Shown: positions 45,501 through 56,226 of the stretch, piece by piece
Layout of the letters: every line of letters begins with the position of its first letter
Numbering within the stretch: position 1 is the stretch's first letter
Source: Macrostomum hystrix
Lineage: Eukaryota > Animalia > Platyhelminthes
DNA length: 64,000 bases
Direction of reading: 5' to 3'
NCBI GenBank assembly: GCA_950097015.1
Contig: CATNEN010000008.1
Coordinates: 3,720,001 to 3,784,000, forward strand
Made by a program: the position numbers and the translations under genes
The notes under the pieces: model-generated
The model's database searches: none
Seen by the model: the letters and a program-made list of their open reading frames with translations, nothing else
Told to the model about the DNA's origin: nothing

Positions 45501-48500
45501 CAGTTGCAGTAGCAGCAGCAGCATTTATAGCAGTAGCAGCAGCAGCAGTTGCAGTAGCAGCAGCAGCAGTTATAGCAGCAGCAGCAGTTGCAGTAGCAGC
45601 AGCAGCAGTTATAGCAGCAGCAGCAGTTGCAGTAGCAGCAGCAGCAGTTATAGCAGCAGCATCAGTTGCAGTAGCAGCAGCAGCAGTTATAGCAGCAGCA
45701 GCAGTTGCAGTAGCAGCAGCAGCAGTTATAGCAGCAGCATCAGTTGCAGTAGCAGCAGCAGCAGTTATAGCAGCAGCATCAGTTGCAGTAGCAGCAGCAT
45801 CAGTTGCAGTAGCAGCAGCAGCAGTTATAGCAGCAGCATCAGTTGCAGTAGCAGCAGCAGCAGTTATAGCAGCAGCATCAGTTGCAGTAGCAGCAGCAGC
45901 AGTTATAGCAGCAGCATCAGTTGCAGTAGCAGCAGCATCAGTTGCAGTAGCAGCAGCAGCAGTTATAGCAGCAGCATCAGTTGCAGTAGCAGCAGCAGCA
46001 GTTATAGTAGCAGCATCAGTTGCAGTAGCAGCAGCAGCAGTTATAGCAGCAGCATCAGTTGCAGTAGCAGCAGCAGCAGTTATAGCAGCAGCATCAGTTG
46101 CAGTAGCAGCAGCAGCATTTATAGCAGCAGCATCAGTTGCAGTAGCAGCAGCATCAGTTGCAGTAGCAGCAGCAGCAGTTATAGCAGCAGCATCAGTTGC
46201 AGTAGCAGCAGCAGCAGTTATAGCAGCAGCATCAGTTGCAGTAGCAGCAGCAGCAGTTATAGCAGCAGCATCAGTTGCAGTAGCAGCAGCATCAGTTGCA
46301 GTAGCAGCAGCAGCAGTGTGGGGGTGGAGCTGGCCCGATTCTAATCTCTAATCCTATGGGATTTCTAGGAAGGCGAATTAGTGAACTAGCAGGACAACGG
46401 ACAAAGGATTAATTTGGATTAGTCGACTTAGAAAGAATCGGCAGGTGATTCGAAGGGCGGACTGTCTTGCAGTTTGGATTTACTCAGCTTTGACGCTGCT
46501 GCTGCCATGCACTTCCCTTGTAATAAAAATATAATTAGAGAATGTATGGGACATAATTTTGCCGCCCTGACTTCGGCCAAGTTCTTAAGTTTCGATCTCG
46601 ACTTTGTGCACCCTTCATTCGACTCCTCACTTTACTCGTTTGTCCTTTTTATAATGCAAAGTGGCTTCATCTGACCTGCCTTCAACTGGTCAACGATGCA
46701 TGTTGATCATGTATAAATAGAACTAGGGAAACAAGGAAGATTGTTCTAAACAGGGACAATGATACAGGATCCACATTCTCCTGCTGACTGGAGTGGAGAG
46801 GAGAGGAGAGGAGAGGACAGTAGAGGAGAGGAGAGGAGAGGAGAGGACAGGAGAGGAGAGGACAGGAGAGGAGAGGACAGGAGAGGAGAGGACAGGAGAG
46901 GAGAGGACATGACATGACAGGACAGGAGAAGACAGGAGAGGACAGGAGAGGAGAGGAGAGGAGAGGAGAGGAGAGGAGAGGAGAGGAGAGGAGAGGAGAG
47001 GACAGTAGAGGAGAGGACAGGAGAGGAGAGGACATGACAGGACAGGACAGGAGAAGACAGGAGAGGACAGGAGAGGAGAGGACAGGAGAGGAGAGGAGAG
47101 GAGAGGACAGGAGAGGAGAGGACAGGAGAGGAGAGGACAGGAGAGGAGAGGACAGTAGAGGAGAGGACAGTAGACGAGAGGACAGGAGAGGTGAGGACAG
47201 GAGAGGAGAGGACAGGAGAGGAGAGGACAGGAGAGGAGAGGACAGGAGAGGAGAAGACAGGAGAGGAGAGGACATGACAGGACAGGACAGGAGAAGACAG
47301 GAGAGGACAGGAGAGGAGAGGACAGGAGAGGACAGGAGAGGAGAGGAGAGGACAGGAGAGGACAGGAGAGGACAGGAGAGGAGAGGACAGGAGAGGAGAG
47401 GAGAGGACAGGAGAGGAGAGGACAGGAGAGGAGAGGACAGGAGAGGAGATGACAGGACAGGAGAGGAGAGGACAGGAGAGGAGAGGATAGGACAGGAGAG
47501 GAGAGGACAGGAGAGGAGAAGACAGGAGAGGACAGGACAGGAGAGGAGAGGACGTGAGAGGACAGGAGAGGAGAGGAGAGGACAGGAGAGGAGAAGACAG
47601 GAGAGGAGAGGACATGACAGGACAGGACAGGAGAAGACAGGAGAGGACAGGAGAGGACAGGAGAGGAGAGGACAGGACAGGAGAAGACAGGAGAGGAGAG
47701 GAGAGAAGAGGAGAAGATAAAGGCTACTCAAAAGTCAGTGCGAGCTGCTGAAGAACCCCCCCACAAAAATAGAACACGGAAGATAAATTCTCGATGCAGA
47801 CGATGACAGGAAAGCACAGCGGATGGCAGCAGCAGCAGCAGCAAGCCAGACAGCATATTATAGTAATGATATTTTCTGTGAAAAGCGCTGCTTACCTAAT
47901 GGACCTGAGCATAGAAAGAAGGCAGGTATTAATGCGAACAGAAGGAAATTCCATTGTGTAACTGGGATTCTTTCAAATAGACTCCCGCAGCAGACTTATT
48001 AAATTACGGGGGACCTTATTGTTCGTCTTCTTTTATTCGAAAGTCATTTCTGGCTGGCTGAAATTGCTGGCAAATCAGGCCTTCTTTTGTATTTCACCGC
48101 CGTAGCTGAAAAGTTTAACTGGGAAAGTTTCAAGCAATAATTTTTGCGTTTATTTTAAAAAAGTCCTGAGCAAAGAATAACTGGAATTCCAAAATAGTCT
48201 TCCCAAACGTACCCAAACTTCCCAAAATGACCCGCCAGCTATGAGCAATGACCCGATTGTTTTGTAAACCAGCTAAGCCGGTTTGAATAGCGTGCTCAGC
48301 TTCTTTTTACGGAGTTATTTTCTTTGCTAAAACAGAGTGCTCTGGCTGGAGGTCAGCAGCTGAAAACGGACAGGGGGGAAAAATTTACAACTTTATGCTA
48401 TTTTCCCCTTACCATATAGCCATTTAAGGAGTCTTGGCCCAGTCATTAATCTAAGATTCTAATCATTTGTCTGATCGTAAGCGAAATCATTAGCCCCGTC

Positions 48501-51085
48501 ATTAGCCAATCATTAGCCGCATCATTAGCCAATCATTAGCCCCATCATTAGCCAATCATTAGCCCCATCATTAGCCCCATCATTATCCCAATCATTAACC
48601 TGTTCATTAGCCAATCATTAGCCCCATCATTAGCCAATCATTAGCCCCATCATTAGCCAATCATTAGCCCCATCATTAGCCAATCATTAGCCCCATCATT
48701 AGCCAATCATTAGCCCTAATCAGTAGCCGATCATTAGCCCCATCATTAGCCAATCATTAGCCCCATCAGTAGCCAATCATTAGCCCCATCAGTAGCCAAT
48801 CATTAGCCCCATCATTAGCCAATCATTAGCCCCATCATTAGCCAATCATTAGCCCTAATCAGTAGCCGATCATTAGCCCCATCATTAGCCAATCATTAGC
48901 CCCATCAGTAGCCAATCATTAGCCCCATCAGTAGCCAATCATTAGCCCCATCATTAGCCAATCATTAGCCCCATCATTAGCCGATCAGTAGCCAATAACC
49001 ATACAGCCATATCCGCATCCGCTGTTGGCAGTTCGCAACTTCTGGGTGGCTCTGATCGCCATCACCCGCTGGGACGCGGTCGCCAAGCCACTCCGGCCTC
49101 GCTTCAACGCCTACGGCCGCAACGCATTCCTAGGAATCTTGGCTGGCGCACTGGCCGCAGCCACCCTGCTCATTGTGCCCGCGCACTTCCTTAACAACGG
49201 CTGCGCCATCTCGTGGTATTACACCTTCTACAGCGGCGTGTCCAATGTGCTGCCCTTCATTGTCATACTCAGCTTCGGCTGCCTGACCATTATTAAAAGC
49301 GGCCGGCTGCCCCGACACCTGCACGGCGCCAATCAGCAGCAGCAGCAGCAGCATCGTCACCACCTGGCTCACTACAATCACTGCCACCATGGTGCCGCCC
49401 ACTATCACTATCGTCACCAACTGCAGCATCAGCATCATCATCAGAGACACTCGACCAACTGCGTCAACAAGCCGCTGCGTGGCCACCGGTGAGCGCCCGA
49501 TGGGAGCTCCCGAGTTCGAATCCACGCCAGCGGCCATATTTATTTTGGGGCGCGCTCGTAGAGAGAATGCTTGACGACTTGGGGTCGTGCGACATGCGCT
49601 TTTAGGGGCCAATTCACTGGAAGGTTCGGAGTTCGAATTTCAAACAAAGGCAAAAAAATTAGCCAAATTCGGGAAATCCCCCTGAAATTTTTTGGCATCA
49701 GGGCGTCCATAGTGGCCTAGTTCCACCTGTTGTAGCTCTTGAAGGTCCAGCAATTCCTTCCAGATAAAGGTAGGTGACCACACAGTCCGAGATAATGCAG
49801 GCACATTCGGGTGACAAGCAGATAAATGTTGAAGGCCTGGCAAGGCCGCACTGAGGCGCAGTGCTAATTCGTGTATAGGGGTGCATGAAATACACTAGCG
49901 CTTATGGAAAAATCCGAGCTTCGGCCAGAACCATTGAATATCTCGACGGTCTGAAGAGCTGGCGACTTGATTATTGTTTCAGAAGATGCGCAACAAACAG
50001 TTGGCCCGTGTTCTTGAGTAACGTGTGCTTGCGTTGCTCCGTTCGGGTGCAGCACAAAAAATTTGTCAGGGGGAATTTGCCTCCCCCCAGGTAGTTCTAC
50101 CGTTAAGCATGACATTTGATTCTCTTTTAATGTTTTCCCCCAGCTGTGGGTAGCAGCATTAGCAGAGGAAACCCCCAGTCCCCGTGGCTCCCCCCAGTCC
50201 GCGGACAGCTGAGAGCAGCCCTTTGCGGCTGTGCCATTGGCTGCACATCTGGCCCAACTGAACTCATATCCATTTTCGGTAAATTATTTGAATTCTGTTT
50301 TTTCCAGAGCCAACCAGTCGCTGATGAGGCGCAAGCGGACCGTGACAAAGACCATCTTCACACTGCTGGGCGCTTTTCTCATCTTCGAAATTCCGTTCTT
50401 CACCATGACAACCATCACTAACCTGGCCATGTGCAACGGTAAAATCACGGAACGGTTCGGCATTGAGTCCCTGCTGCAGCTCGTGTTTCTCAGCTACCTG
50501 CCAGCTAACCTGGACTCGCTTTGCAACTTCTTCATCTACTTCGCCTGCTACACACCGTTCCGGCGCAAGGCCCGCCAGTTCTTCCGGCTGCGAGTGCGTG
50601 CGGCCCCGGCACTCTCAAGTCGTGCCGGTCTCGTCGGTGCGGGCACCGGCGGCGGTGGCACCGGTGGCGCCGTTGACATCTTAGGCGGATGCGCCAATGC
50701 CGACCGGGGTGTCGACACAAGCGGCGCACTAGTCGAGAACAATTTCACCGACGGCGCCGCTTTGATTTCGCCCAGCCCCGCTGGCTCCGCCGCCACTGGA
50801 GCTGTAGGAAACAGTGGCGCAGCCGCTGCTGGTTCCTCCGGCCTCGGACATCGACGTTGCGACGTGGCCGACAACTGCTGCGATGGCGGCTTCGACGATG
50901 AGGACGATGATGATGACGAGGACACAGATGATCTAGTCAGCGGCACCGCTGCATGCCGCCGGCGAGAGCTCTGCAGAATTCTGGAAAGCGAGGCTTCGTC
51001 CAACGACTGCTCGCCTGACCACCGCTTCTACTGCCGCAGACCTGCGGCCAATCAGGAGTCAACCACCGAGATCACGCTCACGTAA
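40962..51085 (+). CDS. Class A (rhodopsin-like) peptide-type GPCR, FMRFamide-receptor-like, 3 exons, 542 aa
   Basis: Exons 40962-41355, 49032-49488, 50308-51085 (phases 1 and 2; 1629 nt). Seven hydrophobic segments: TM1 ..AFCTNLLAVLIL, TM2 LYFLSAVE, TM3 VRNFWVALIAITRWDAVAKPL, TM5 NVLPFIVIL, TM6 KTIFTLLGAFLIFEIP, TM7 NLDSLCNFFIYFACYTPFRR. The exon 2 acceptor (ggcag|49032) has a weak pyrimidine tract and was chosen because it is phase-compatible. Confidence 0.85.
41357..41592. repeat. 14-bp minisatellite (TGTGACATTCCCGG) starting at the GPCR exon 1 donor
   Basis: Period 41361->41375; degenerates to the right. Confidence 0.9.
42204..46317. repeat. 4.1-kb CAG-based satellite (main units GCAGTAGCAGCAGCAGCAGTTATAGCAGCAGCATCAGTT, 39 bp, and a 21-bp subunit)
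   Basis: Direct reading. Produces the 1347-aa low-complexity ORF. Lies in GPCR intron 1. Confidence 0.98.
46793..47716. repeat. (GAGAG/GACAG)n pentamer microsatellite, purine-rich strand
   Basis: Direct reading. Confidence 0.97.
48487..48995. repeat. 23-bp minisatellite (CATTAGCCAATCATTAGCCCCAT) ending ~35 bp before GPCR exon 2
   Basis: Alternating 11-bp and 12-bp subunits. Confidence 0.95.
50140..50258 (+). mobile_element. Degenerate 3' part of the CORE-like SINE just upstream of GPCR exon 3
   Basis: GTGGCTCCCCCCAGTCCGCGGAC...GCGGCTGTGCCATTGGCTGCACATCTGGCCCAA matches 52607-52705. Confidence 0.7.
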
Positions 51086-51100
51086 CTGGCTGGCTGATAT

Positions 51101-51845
51101 TCATCCGAAGGGTGACTCATCCGAAAGGTGACTCATCCGAAGGGTGACTCATCCGAAGGGTGACTCATCCGAAGGGTGACTCATCCGAAGGGTGACTCAT
51201 CCGAAGGGTGACTCATCCGAAGGGTGACTCATCCGAAGGGTGACTCATCCGAAGGGTGACTCATCCGAAGGGTGACTCATCCGAAGGGTGACTCATCCGA
51301 AGGGTGACTCATCCGAAGGGTGACTCATCCGAAGGGTGACTCATCCGAAGGGTGACTCATCCGAAGGGTGACTCATCCGAAGGGTGACTCATCCGAAGGG
51401 TGACTCATCCGAAGGGTGACTCATCCGAAGGGTGACTCATCCGAAGGGTGACTCATCCGAAGGGTGACTCATCCGAAGGGTGACTCATCCGAAGGGTGAC
51501 TCATCCGAAGGGTGACTCATCCGAAGGGTGACTCATCCGAAGGGTGACTCATCCGAAGGGTGACTCATCCGAAGGGTGACTCATCCGAAGGGTGACTCAT
51601 CCGAAGGGTGACTCATCCGAAGGGTGACTCATCCGAAGGGTGACTCATCCGAAGGGTGACTCATCCGAAGGGTGACTCATCCGAAGGGTGACTCATCCGA
51701 AGGGTGACTCATCCGAAGGGTGACTCATCCGAAGGGTGACTCATCCGAAGGGTGACTCATCCGAAGGGTGACTCATCCGAAGGGTGACTCATCCGAAGGG
51801 TGACTCATCCGAAGGGTGACTCATCCGAAGGGTGACTCATCCGAA
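51101..51845. repeat. Near-perfect 16-bp array (TCATCCGAAGGGTGAC), ~46 copies, each junction forming TGACTCA
   Basis: Period 51121->51137. One variant unit seen (GAAAGG at ~51124). Starts 16 bp after the GPCR stop. Confidence 0.98.
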
Positions 51846-52430
51846 ACTTTCAAACTATGTTTCACAACGGTAGTGATTCACTCATTTGTAACTACATGTC
51901 GCCCAGTGATTTTCTTTTATTTTCATTTTATTCAGAGAAATTTTCAGAGATTTTCGATTGCTCTTTTCTTGTCGCATAAAGTGTATGGCGTTATTTTTAA
52001 GGTTAGATTCGAAAAAAACAATCCGCGAATAGAACATTTTTTTCGCAAAACTAGCTGCAGTTCCATTTGTAGATTTTCATTTCTTTTTTTACTTCTATTT
52101 TTCCCCGCTTCAACGCTCCACCAATGATTTTTGCGCGCGTGACGTTTCTGACGTTCAAAAATTCGAATAGTTTCCCCTATTTTTTGTAACAAAATTAAAT
52201 TTCTAAATCCCTAGATGTCTCAACTGTTTTGCGCCATCGAATATCAAAAAATATTTTAATTATTCCCTAAAGGAAAAAACGATTCCGAAATTACATGTAT
52301 ACTGTACTTTTTATAGTCGCTTCTAGTAAGTAGTATGCTAAGAGTATTTGCTACTTTGTGTTGTTGAATTGTGAAAATGCGAACTAATAACTGCAAAATG
52401 CATATTTGATGTGGTTCTGATGAGCTAGCA

Positions 52431-52735
52431 GAGGTTGTAGCCTAGTGGTTAGGGCGTCGGACTCACGACTTGAAGGTCGGGGGTTCGATTCCCGACTCCA
52501 CTGGAACAATTTGTGTCCTTTAGCAAGACACTTAACTCTGCATTGCTTCAGTTCACCCAGCTGTTAAATGGGTACCAGCATCAGCTGGGATAATTGAAGG
52601 TGGGTGTGGCGTCCCCCCAGTCCGTGGACTGAACAGCTGTACGCAGCCTTCAGATGCGCCGCGCATTAGCTGCGGCTGTGCTGTCGGCTGCACATCTGGC
52701 CCAATTGGGGCAGGTGTAATCAATTTAAAAAAAAT
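52431..52735 (+). mobile_element. tRNA-derived CORE-like SINE, copy B (most complete)
   Basis: tRNA-like head (TAGCCTAGTGG A-box, GGTTCGATTCC B-box). Central TGTGTCCTTTAGCAAGACACTTAACTCTGCATTGCTTCAGTTCACCCAGCTGTTAAATGGGTACC resembles the MIR/CORE domain. Family-specific 3' body and A/T-rich tail. Confidence 0.85.
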
Positions 52736-53169
52736 TAATTAATTAATCAATTAATTAAAATTGATGAGTTACATGTATTGTTGCTTGAATTGTACCTTTT
52801 ATCAGCGGATTTCAGATTTAGAATTCTAAAAAAATTAGCGAAGGGATTTGATGTTATTCTATATTTCGAAATCATCTTGATCGATTGCTGTTGCTGTTGT
52901 CAATGCAATGCGAATATATGACCCGCTGTGCACTTGCCCGTGCCATAAATGCTAAATCAGTCCCGTTTTCTTATTTATATCAGCTTTAAGACATTTAAAT
53001 GCACACAGCTATGATTCTCCCATCAAAGCACGGTAAGTAAACATTTCCCACAGATACGAAACAAAATTGATCAATAAAATCTTTGTAAAACACAATAGCC
53101 ATATGGGCTAGACTTTTTTTAATCGGCCTTGTGACCTATTGATGCCAAATTCCAAATAGTTAGAATCTA

Positions 53170-53745
53170 ACTAGTATCCTAGCTAGTATCGAAGCAAGAG
53201 TCCTAGCTAGTATCGAAGCAAGAGTCCTAGCTAGTATCGAAGCAAGAGTCCTAGCTACTCGTAGTATCGAAGCAAGAGTCCTAGCTAGAATCGAAGCTGT
53301 TGCTAGAATCGAAGCAGGAGTATTTGCTAGAATCGAAGCTGTTGCTAGTATCGAAGCAAGAGTCCTAGCTACTCGTAGTATCGAAGCAAGAGTCCTAGCT
53401 AGAATCGAAGCTGTTGCTAGAATCGAAGCAGGAGTATTTGCTAGAATCGAAGCTGTTGCTAGAATCGAAGATGTTGCTAGAATCGAAGCTGTTGCTAGAA
53501 TCGAAGCAGGAGTCTTTGCTAGAATCGAAGCTGTTGCTGGAATCGAAGTAAGAGTCCTTGCTAGAATCGAAGCTAGAGTCCTAGCTAGAATCGAAGCTAG
53601 AGTCCTAGCTAGAATCGAAGCTAGAGTCCTAGCTAGAATCGAAGCTAGAGTCCTAGCTAGAATCGAAGCTAGAGTCCTAGCTAGAATCGAAGCTAGAGTC
53701 CTAGCTAGAATCGAAGCTAGAGTCCTAGCTAGAATCGAAGCAAGA
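53170..53745. repeat. Compound 24/18-bp minisatellite (CTAGCTAGAATCGAAGCTAGAGTC and GCTAGAATCGAAGCTGTT)
   Basis: Direct reading. Confidence 0.93.
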
Positions 53746-54138
53746 GCTTAGCTCGGGAATCGATGCAGGAGCTGAAGTCTCAGCAAAAAGGTGACTCCTG
53801 AACCTTAAAAAGTAAAAAGTGCATGCATGTCACGAGTTTCTTATTCGTGCCGCCGATGCCAGATTAATCGAATGCAAAAACCTGTTTGGCCCATTTTCAC
53901 TTCAGCTCAATCCATCGTTTGTCACGGAGCAGCGTGACCAAATCCAATGAGGGCCGCGTATAATATAATTAACAGACGTTTTATGGATACTAAATGTATA
54001 TGCTTATTAAATACTTCAAATATATATATGAAGCGAAGCCACTCCTATGAAAATTATGGACTGGCGATCTGATAGAATACTACTAAAAGTAGAGAAGACT
54101 GTCTTCTATATACGAGTTACATCAGCTTTGTCAGGCAT

Positions 54139-54186
<48 letters not shown>

Positions 54187-54225
54187 CCCAGCATAGACCG
54201 GCAGACAGACAGACAGACACCCAGC

Positions 54226-54272
<47 letters not shown>

Positions 54273-54495
54273 GGCAGACAGACAGACACCCAGCACAGAC
54301 AGACAGACAGACAGACAGACAGAAACCCAGCACAGACAGACAGACAGGCAGACAGACAGACAAGACGAACAGACAGACAGAGAGACAGAAAAAACGGACA
54401 GACAAACAGACAGACAGGCAGACAGACAGACAGACAGACAGGCAGACAGACAGACAGACAGACAGACAGGCAGACAGACAGACAGACAGACAGGC

Positions 54496-54532
<37 letters not shown>

Positions 54533-54599
54533 CACATCACAGACAGACAGACAGACAGACAGACAAGACGAACAGACAGACAGAGAGACAGACAAAACG

Positions 54600-54664
<65 letters not shown>
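54139..54664. repeat. (GACA)n microsatellite
   Basis: Direct reading. Explains the SVCL pseudo-ORFs. Confidence 0.97.
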
Positions 54665-54665
<1 letters not shown>

Positions 54666-55080
54666 GTGGCTGCCAACACACAAGAGCGCATTAAGCAGTG
54701 TTTCTTACTTCTGTTATCCCTTTTCCTTTCCCTATCAGTTACCATAGCAACTGAGCTCATCTGTTACTCTGAACTACCTGAATTGTAACTCGAGCCAAGG
54801 TGTGTTAACAGACGCTGCACAGAGAGTATTTTGTCTGCAGACAGGTGCCTTAGATTCTCACCAGGATTCAAGGCTTTCAGTGGCAAATATTTAGCTCAGA
54901 ATATTTGACACTCAAACAATGCGACTCACGCCAATTTTGTTGCATTCAAAAAGAAAAAGGTAAAATGTGAATCCTGGCTCCTAACAAGATCCGCAATTCT
55001 AATTGGCTAGAAAGCCCATTGGTCTGCCCCGGTCCCAGTGAAAATTTCCTAAAATTTATTCTCATAACGACGCCTCCCAG

Positions 55081-55923
55081 AATTTTTCGGGCCGCGTGGA
55101 GCATCCGGGGGCAGCAGAAGCGACAGCCCCAGCAAACCAGCTTCAACAAGCCATCGGCGGGCCCAGCGGGTTTCATCAAGCAGCACCGGCTCCGCCATTT
55201 CGCTGGCGTCGTCTAAAGCTGGCGCCGGCGATGGCGGAGTCGGAATCAGCAGCATCAGCAGCAGCAGCAGCAGCAGCGGCGAGGTGACTCTCCGCATGTC
55301 GCCGTCATCGTCTTCAGCTTCGATCGGTGGCAGCCGGAAGCCTCTAAGGCTGCAGCCTCACCCGCATCAGCATCAACAGGCGCAGCCTCAGACGTCATCG
55401 CATCGCTGGTCATCTAGCGGCGCCACCCCGGCCCTGGTGATGACTCTGCTGTTCTGCTCGGCAACCTTCATCCTGTTCCAGCTGATGGTTGCCAAGGCAA
55501 CGCTAACACGAAGAAACTCGCTGCTGCTCGGCGATTCGGCGGCGGACTTTGCCAGCGGTCGAGCTCGCCAGCTGCTGAGCGACTCGTCTGGCTCGGCGGC
55601 GGACTCTGGTGGCAGGCCGGAGCAGCTTCGACCGGAGCGGGTGCTGCAGTGCCTGCGCGCTCTGGACGAAGAATTGCGAGCTCTGGTGTACCAACCGGTG
55701 CCGTCAGTGGAGCGGTTCACGGCTGACTTCATGAGCGAGCTGGCGCACATTCATGGACAGCTCGACAGCGAATGCGGTCGAACTCCAGCTAGACGGCTTC
55801 GCGTGGCCAGAGAAATCCAACAGCCGGCGTTGATGACGACGCCACCGTCGACAGCAGCTCCGAAGTTGCCGGCCTGTCAGCCGCTTGAACCACCGAGCGG
55901 CCGACTGCTCAGGTGGTTCTATC
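55081..55923 (+). CDS. Large exon of a probable type II membrane (Golgi enzyme-like) protein; rest of the gene not identified
   Basis: Open frame from acceptor cctcccag|55081 to strong donor TATC|gtgagt at 55923; GC-rich like the other exons. One TM helix (ALVMTLLFCSATFILFQLMVA) follows a Ser/Gln-rich stretch and precedes a helical Cys-containing stem. First in-frame ATG at 55296. Confidence 0.55.
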
Positions 55924-56013
55924 GTGAGTGGCTTGCTGTTTGCTGCCGTGCCTTCGCTTCGGTCGATCTCAGCCTCAATCTATTAACCTTACTGTCTGGT
56001 CTAATAATTCCGT

Positions 56014-56226
56014 TATCTAATCTATCAGTCTCACCACTATCTAATCTATCAATCTCACCACTATCTAATCTATCAATCTCACCACTATCTAATCTATCAA
56101 TATCACCACTATCTAATCTATCAATCTCACCACTATCTAATCTATCAATCTCACCACTATCTAATCTATCAATCTCACCACTATCTAATTTATCAGTCTC
56201 ATCACTATCTAATCTATCAATCTCAC
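56014..56226. repeat. 24-bp minisatellite (CTATCTAATCTATCAATCTCACCA)
   Basis: Matches the 8-aa LSNLSISP pseudo-repeat. Confidence 0.93.

Noticed and set aside
42301-46344. 1347-aa ORF as a real protein
   Set aside because: It is entirely a CAG-based satellite inside GPCR intron 1. It is stop-free only because the units are multiples of 3, and it has no non-repetitive domain.
46473-46520. Extra GPCR micro-exon (VWIYSALTLLLPCTSL) in intron 1
   Set aside because: Not needed: exon 1 splices in phase directly to 49032 and gives a normal TM3 length. It remains possible only as an alternative form.
52431-52502. Functional tRNA genes at 52431, 11604 and 24553
   Set aside because: Acceptor and anticodon stems pair poorly, and each head runs straight into a SINE-like body without a poly-T terminator.
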